The position numbers and the translations under genes are program-made. A DNA stretch of 63,865 nt, counting the filler. It is 6 parts of 6 records of this genome, joined end to end, with 100 filler letters (N's around TTAATTAATTAA, not from the genome) between each part and the next. Parts side by side here need not be neighbours in the genome. Positions count along the whole stretch, not along the records: positions 58,376 to 63,865 come from SRR31156797_44017; 5 more parts are not named here. One strand, given 5' to 3'. Below, piece by piece: positions 59,054 through 63,865 of the stretch. Each line of letters opens with the position of its first letter. Position 1 is the first letter of the stretch. The notes under the pieces were generated by a model, which was not told where the DNA came from, did no database searches, and saw only the letters and a program-made list of their open reading frames with translations.

Positions 59054-60934
59054 CTAGGGATTAGCCGGCGCCGGGCCGTTTTGTTGACGGCCTTTTTTTT
59101 CATCAACCGCCTTCTTGAATTTTTCCTTTTGAGACAAATAATAGTCCCTGTTTCCCTGAGGCCCTACCCGAGCCAGGGCGCGATCGATTAATTCCAGCGC
59201 CTCATCCGGAAGATCATTCAAATACAAGGCTTCGGCCATTGTGTCAAGAATGTGGGGAGCGGGTTTTATCATCACGGCCCTGTACGCCAGGTTCAGGGCT
59301 CTGGATTTTTCCTTGGGCGTGGGATTTTCCTTGGTAGCCAGGGTCCAGGCCAGATGGTTCAATATTTCCGGGTCCATTGGCGCCAGGGCCAGTGCTCGCT
59401 CATAAGAGGCAATGGCTTTTTCCGGCCTCTCCGCAAGGCGGTAGACTTCTCCCAACAGCAAATGGTTGAGGGCCGTGTTCGGATTCTTTTGCCGTATATT
59501 AGCTTCAAATACCTGGATAGCGGTCAGCCATTGATTGGCTTTTTCACCAATTCCTTTCTCTTTGAATAAATGGCCTCCGCCCCAAATCAGGGCCAGGGCC
59601 AGAAAATAGACCACGATCATCGACCGAACCTTCCGGTCGTGCTTTTTCACGAGCGAAGGATCGCTTTCACACTCATTGAGAAAGTCAACTCTTTGGGCCA
59701 CGGAAAAATGATGCCAACTGGGCAGGGACCGGCTTTGACCCGAGTAATAAGCTATTTTTTCCAGCGAGCCGACCAGGCCCCGCACGGTTCCATTGATCTT
59801 AAAGGAAAAAAGATCGGCCTGCCGTTCGAAGTTGCGCATGAAATATCCGAAAACAAAACGGAAATACAGGATCATGAGCAGCAGAAAAGGAACCGCCATG
59901 ATGATCGATAAAAGCGTACCCGGGTTTTGCTCTATGGCGCCCCAAAGGTCTATGGCCCAAATTGCCAATACCAAAAAGTAAATAAGAAAGTCGAAAAGAG
60001 GATAGGCCGCTATTATGTATCCTACAAAGAATAGAAAATAAAATATTAAGTGGCGCTGTTCGACATGCCCGAACTCATGCCCCATAACCGCGTCCATCTC
60101 TTCACGGTCCAATATGCGAAGCAGGGAATTGGTTATGAGCAGGTATCGCCAGCGCTTGGTCAACCCCATGACTCCGGCGGTCAATCCCTCGCCCTCGTAC
60201 AAGGGCCACAGCATTATATCCCTGTATTTGAATCCTCTCTGCTCGCAAAAATCCTCAATAGCCTTCCTGGCCGGCCCTTCCGGCAGAGGCGTGAGACCCC
60301 AAAGGGGCTTGATAAGCACAGGAAAGAAAATGACCAGCACGAGCATGAAGACCAGGACGTACACCATCTCTCCCACAGGCGAGTCCAGCCATGCTTTTAA
60401 AGCCCCGTCCGGAAGAAGTCCGGTCAGGTCCGCGATCAGGGAAATGCCAAAATAGGGGAGTATAATAGGCAGGTTAAATCTGAGCTGGCTCCAAACGAAC
60501 CTGGGTTTGTTTAATTTGCTGTTGTAAATAAGGAAGTAGGCCTGAAAAGCTTCCCACCAAAGCAGGCAGAGGTATATGGCGAAAAAAACCAGGCCTAAAA
60601 ACCCGGTCAGAGCTGTGGATTTTCCTACAACCGGTAAGGCTAAAATGAGATCCTTGAGACCGAAAAAATGAACGTCCAACGTGAAGAATATAATGGCCCC
60701 TATGGACATGCGCGTAATCAGGCGGTTGTATATCAGGCTGTACGACGCGCCCGTTCCACTGGTAATCTGATTCACCAATCTGCGGAAAAGAAAACGGGAC
60801 CAGAACCAATACAGCATGTAAAAGAAAAAAATAATCGCCGGCCCGGAAAACACTGACACTTCACGGGCTTCTTCCGGCTGATAAATGGAAAAAACCAGTA
60901 AAACGAGCAGGAAATAAATTAGGTTATTGTACAT
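59054..60934 (-). CDS. M48-family zinc protease with C-terminal TPRs
   Basis: Multiple TMs, HEFGH, ERQAD, TPR (LNHLAW.LA, LDT.AEA). Confidence 0.9.
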   Translation of the reverse strand: MYNNLIYFLLVLLVFSIYQPEEAREVSVFSGPAIIFFFYMLYWFWSRFLFRRLVNQITSGTGASYSLIYNRLITRMSIGAIIFFTLDVHFFGLKDLILALPVVGKSTALTGFLGLVFFAIYLCLLWWEAFQAYFLIYNSKLNKPRFVWSQLRFNLPIILPYFGISLIADLTGLLPDGALKAWLDSPVGEMVYVLVFMLVLVIFFPVLIKPLWGLTPLPEGPARKAIEDFCEQRGFKYRDIMLWPLYEGEGLTAGVMGLTKRWRYLLITNSLLRILDREEMDAVMGHEFGHVEQRHLIFYFLFFVGYIIAAYPLFDFLIYFLVLAIWAIDLWGAIEQNPGTLLSIIMAVPFLLLMILYFRFVFGYFMRNFERQADLFSFKINGTVRGLVGSLEKIAYYSGQSRSLPSWHHFSVAQRVDFLNECESDPSLVKKHDRKVRSMIVVYFLALALIWGGGHLFKEKGIGEKANQWLTAIQVFEANIRQKNPNTALNHLLLGEVYRLAERPEKAIASYERALALAPMDPEILNHLAWTLATKENPTPKEKSRALNLAYRAVMIKPAPHILDTMAEALYLNDLPDEALELIDRALARVGPQGNRDYYLSQKEKFKKAVDEKKGRQQNGPAPANP

Positions 60935-61255
60935 TCGCTGCCTTTCCCAAATTGCATCACTGTCGCGAGTCAACAATTGCCTCGCCGGTAAATATTCACT
61001 ATATCATGTTTTTTAATTCAACTCTGTGATAATAGGCATATATGCTCCAACTTGGGCGCAATATCCAACTGCCATGCTGTTGCATATGCATGTTGAGTCC
61101 GTGCGTTTCATAACCGGAATCGGCAGTGTCTGTCCGGAAATGAGAATATTTCCAAAGCTCGGCATTTATAGTGTTTGCCAAAAGTTCGGCCTGATTGCGT
61201 GACTTTCTGTTTATGCCGGTTTGGTCTGAAAACCAGGAAAAGCTGATTATAGCTT

Positions 61256-61281
61256 GTAGGGGCGCCCCCCTGTGGGCGCCC
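61256..61281 (+). repeat. GTAG-family REP-like palindrome
   Basis: GTAG-GGGCGCCC-CCCTGT-GGGCGCCC hairpin in intergenic DNA. Confidence 0.5.
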
Positions 61282-61386
61282 GTTTTCCGAAAGTATTTAT
61301 GGCGATCCCTATATCCTCCGGGGCGGAAAGAAATTGGGAAAAATAACTATTTCTGGACAGGCGCCAGGGAAATCAAGGAGAAAAGG

Positions 61387-62706
61387 ATGTGTGATACATT
61401 TGTCGCTCTGCCTTCAATAACATCCGACGGCTCCATAATTCTGGCCAAGAACAGCGACCGGGAGCCAAATGAAACTCAAGCCCTTGAATATATCCCGGCC
61501 CGCGAATACGATCCGGGAACCAAACTGCGCTGCACGTACATGGAAATTCCACAGGCCGCGGAAACATTCGCGGTAATTATTGGCCGGCCGTTCTGGATGT
61601 GGGGCGCCGAAATGGGCGCCAATGAAAAAGGCGTGGCCATAGGCAATGAAGCCGTATTCACCAAAATGCCCATTAATCGCAAAAGCGGGCTGACGGGAAT
61701 GGACCTGCTGCGTCTTGCCCTGGAGAGGTCCGCGAAAGCATCCGAGGCCATGGAATCCATTATTCGTAACCTCCATGATTACGGTCAGGGAGGAATTTGC
61801 GGTTTTGAAGATAAAAAAATGGCCTACCACAACAGCTTTATTATCGCCGACCCGGATGAAGCCTGGGTTCTGGAAACTGCCGGCCCAATCTGGGCGGCCC
61901 TTAAAATAAAAGATTATTACGCCATAAGCAACGGCCTGACCATTGGAGAGCATTACGATGAAGCCCATCCGGATATAATCGATCTGGCCCGAAAAAAAAG
62001 ATGGCTAAAAAAGGGGGCCGATTTCAGTTTTGCCAATGCCTATTCCGACCGGCTTTTCACAACTTTTTCCGCCTGCCGGGCCAGGAGAAAGCGTTCCAAC
62101 GACCTGTTGGGCCAAAGCCGTAAGCTGGATATTCCCTCTGTAATGGATATGTTAAGGGATCATGGCCGGGAAGATTATCAGCCGGATTCACATTTCCTCA
62201 TCGACCGGCTTTGCGTACATGCAGCCAACGGACTCACCAGGAATTCCCAAACAACCGGATCCTTGATCGCGCACCTGCAAAAAGAGAAAAAGACATACTG
62301 GGCGACCGGCACGTCCTCTCCGTGCCTGTCGGTTTTTAAACCTCTATGGTTCGACAAACAAATGAATATCCCCTCCGAACCCGCCCCGGCCGAAAGCAAT
62401 AATGAAAACTCGCTTTGGCGGCGCCATGAAATACTTCACCGCAGCGTTATACTTGATTACCGGGAGCGCTCCGGCGTGTTCATGAACGAAAGGGATAGGC
62501 TTCAACAGGAATTTATACAAAGAATTTACGACGGTAGTGAGTCGCGCGACGCCGCCCTTGTAAGGTCCTGCTTTGAAAAGGACCGAATAGAAAGGGAAAA
62601 ATGGATTGATGTTGTCCAAAACACGCCTGTTAAAAGACCCGCCAAGGCGGGATTCAGGCGCTATTGGATGAAGCAGAATAAAAAAGCCGGCATTGTTGTC
62701 CGTTGA
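61387..62706 (+). CDS. C69-family dipeptidase (secernin-like Ntn hydrolase)
   Basis: N-terminal MCDT nucleophile, AKNSDREPNE, WGAEMGANE.GVAIGNEAV, GMDLLRLALER. Confidence 0.92.
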   Translation: MCDTFVALPSITSDGSIILAKNSDREPNETQALEYIPAREYDPGTKLRCTYMEIPQAAETFAVIIGRPFWMWGAEMGANEKGVAIGNEAVFTKMPINRKSGLTGMDLLRLALERSAKASEAMESIIRNLHDYGQGGICGFEDKKMAYHNSFIIADPDEAWVLETAGPIWAALKIKDYYAISNGLTIGEHYDEAHPDIIDLARKKRWLKKGADFSFANAYSDRLFTTFSACRARRKRSNDLLGQSRKLDIPSVMDMLRDHGREDYQPDSHFLIDRLCVHAANGLTRNSQTTGSLIAHLQKEKKTYWATGTSSPCLSVFKPLWFDKQMNIPSEPAPAESNNENSLWRRHEILHRSVILDYRERSGVFMNERDRLQQEFIQRIYDGSESRDAALVRSCFEKDRIEREKWIDVVQNTPVKRPAKAGFRRYWMKQNKKAGIVVR

Positions 62707-62887
62707 CCATGTAAGGTTCAAATACGTCCGGCATAATTCCCTGTGAAGCTGTTACTTTCCGCTGAAATACGCCGAATGGCCCGCCAAGCAGGAAGGTTGA
62801 CACAAATCTTTAAAAAAGTTATTCTTAACCGATTGTTATCAGGACAATGCAAATTAAATCGGTTGGAATCGTATGGATAAAACTGGG

Positions 62888-63397
62888 ATGAAAATTGTCT
62901 TTTCCAAAGACGAAATCGAAAATCGAATAAAAGCTTTGGCGCATGAAATATCAAAGGATTATGCCGGAAAGGACCTTGTTCTTCTAGGCGTGCTAAACGG
63001 CGTGTTCATGTTTTTTTCAGATTTGGCAAAAAACCTGTCAATCCCGGCCGGTGTTGATTTTATAAGGCTCGCCAGTTACGGGGCTGGAATGGATTCTTCA
63101 GGACGAGTTGTCATGACCAAGGACGTGGAAACCGATTTGACCGGCAGACACGTGCTTATTATTGAGGACATCGTTGATAGCGGACTGACCATGAACTGGC
63201 TTAAAAAGCACTTGGCCAATTTAGGGGCCGAATCGATAAAGACATGTGTGTTTATTGATAAGCATGAGCGGAGAAGTATTGAATTATCTCTTGATTATGT
63301 TGGTTTTGAGGTGAATGAAGGTTTTCTGATCGGCTATGGATTGGACTATGACGGCAAATATAGATGCTTGCCGGAAGTATATCACTTGGAGGCCTGA
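62888..63397 (+). CDS. hpt: Hypoxanthine phosphoribosyltransferase
   Basis: VLIIEDIVDSGLT, F..GYGLDY...R.LP. Confidence 0.95.
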   Translation: MKIVFSKDEIENRIKALAHEISKDYAGKDLVLLGVLNGVFMFFSDLAKNLSIPAGVDFIRLASYGAGMDSSGRVVMTKDVETDLTGRHVLIIEDIVDSGLTMNWLKKHLANLGAESIKTCVFIDKHERRSIELSLDYVGFEVNEGFLIGYGLDYDGKYRCLPEVYHLEA

Positions 63398-63415
63398 GAT
63401 CCAGGGAGGCGGGTC

Positions 63416-63865
63416 ATGATCGTCGAATGTGAAAGTTGTAATACGAGATTCAATGTTGATTCGGACCGCATCAAGGATGGGGGCTCTAAAGTCAGGTGTT
63501 CGAAATGCAAAAATGTATTCGTAATATTTAAACCCGCCCCTGAAGAAGCGGCCCCTCCCGTTCTGGATGAACAGCCGGAAGAGCCTGACGCCCATGAACC
63601 TCCGGAAGAGGAAACAGGCTTTGGAGACCTGGGAGATGACCAGGGATTTGAAGAACCAGGCGCCGAAACTCCGGAATCCGGGCTGGCGGATGAACCAGGC
63701 GGCGACACATTCGCCGATATGGACTTTGGCGATCTTGACGCTGATTCGGGCATAAGCGAGCCGGGCGCTGAAACATCTGAAGCTGGAATGGATCCGGAAA
63801 GCGCTCCTGACGATTTCGGCGATATGGACTTCGGCGATCTTGACGCCGACCTGGGCCTTGACGAG
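63416..63865 (+). CDS. MJ0042-type zinc-ribbon protein with acidic repeats (runs off window end)
   Basis: Manual translation MIVECESCNTRFNV...KVRCSKCKNVF then D/E/P-rich linker; GGGAGG RBS. Confidence 0.88.
   Translation, partial: MIVECESCNTRFNVDSDRIKDGGSKVRCSKCKNVFVIFKPAPEEAAPPVLDEQPEEPDAHEPPEEETGFGDLGDDQGFEEPGAETPESGLADEPGGDTFADMDFGDLDADSGISEPGAETSEAGMDPESAPDDFGDMDFGDLDADLGLDE
63653..63862 (+). repeat. 105-nt (35-aa) coding tandem repeat, two copies visible
   Basis: EPGAET.E.G...F.DMDFGDLDAD.G at 63653 and 63758. Confidence 0.8.

Noticed and set aside
1-63865. CRISPR arrays, rRNA, tRNA, transposases, integrases, defence systems
   Set aside because: None recognised by eye; short RNAs could be missed without covariance searches.

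Overview
The window is not one locus. It is six contigs joined by 100-nt spacers (N44-TTAATTAATTAA-N44) at 15114-15213, 27428-27527, 35307-35406, 46462-46561 and 58276-58375. (1) 1-15113, Desulfobacterota-like: sdhC/sdhA, then a biotin locus in which bioB, bioF and bioD flank a dedicated six-gene fatty-acid-synthase-like module (two complementary half hot-dog dehydratases, FabG-like, an enlarged ACP, a nitroreductase-fold flavoprotein, FabF-like). No bioC, bioH or bioW is on this contig. A duplicated BirA operator plus the birA 5' end brackets an island carrying a sigma54 promoter, a c-di-GMP-I (GEMM-I) riboswitch and a VPLPA/PEP-CTERM gene. birA-bioA-tag and an ArsR/thioredoxin/CcdA cluster follow. 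(2) 15214-27427, Methanosarcinales-like archaeon: PAS/poly-HAMP chemoreceptor, cheW, short cheR, and a polyphosphate cluster (CYTH-HD, PPK2/PAP, MgtC-DUF4010, Lys-rich ferredoxin, membrane-anchored CHAD, PPK1). (3) 27528-35306 and (4) 35407-46461, deltaproteobacterial housekeeping, including a sigma28 promoter with a small ORF and a degenerate GGDEF protein. (5) 46562-58275, alphaproteobacterial Zur/znu, hisI, COG0523, modABC and a frameshifted otnK. (6) 58376-63865, deltaproteobacterial peptidases, hpt and a zinc-ribbon protein. The best candidate for a poorly described system is the biotin-dedicated, apparently BioC/BioH-independent pimelate synthase module. Taxonomy and products are inferred by motif recognition only; no searches were run.
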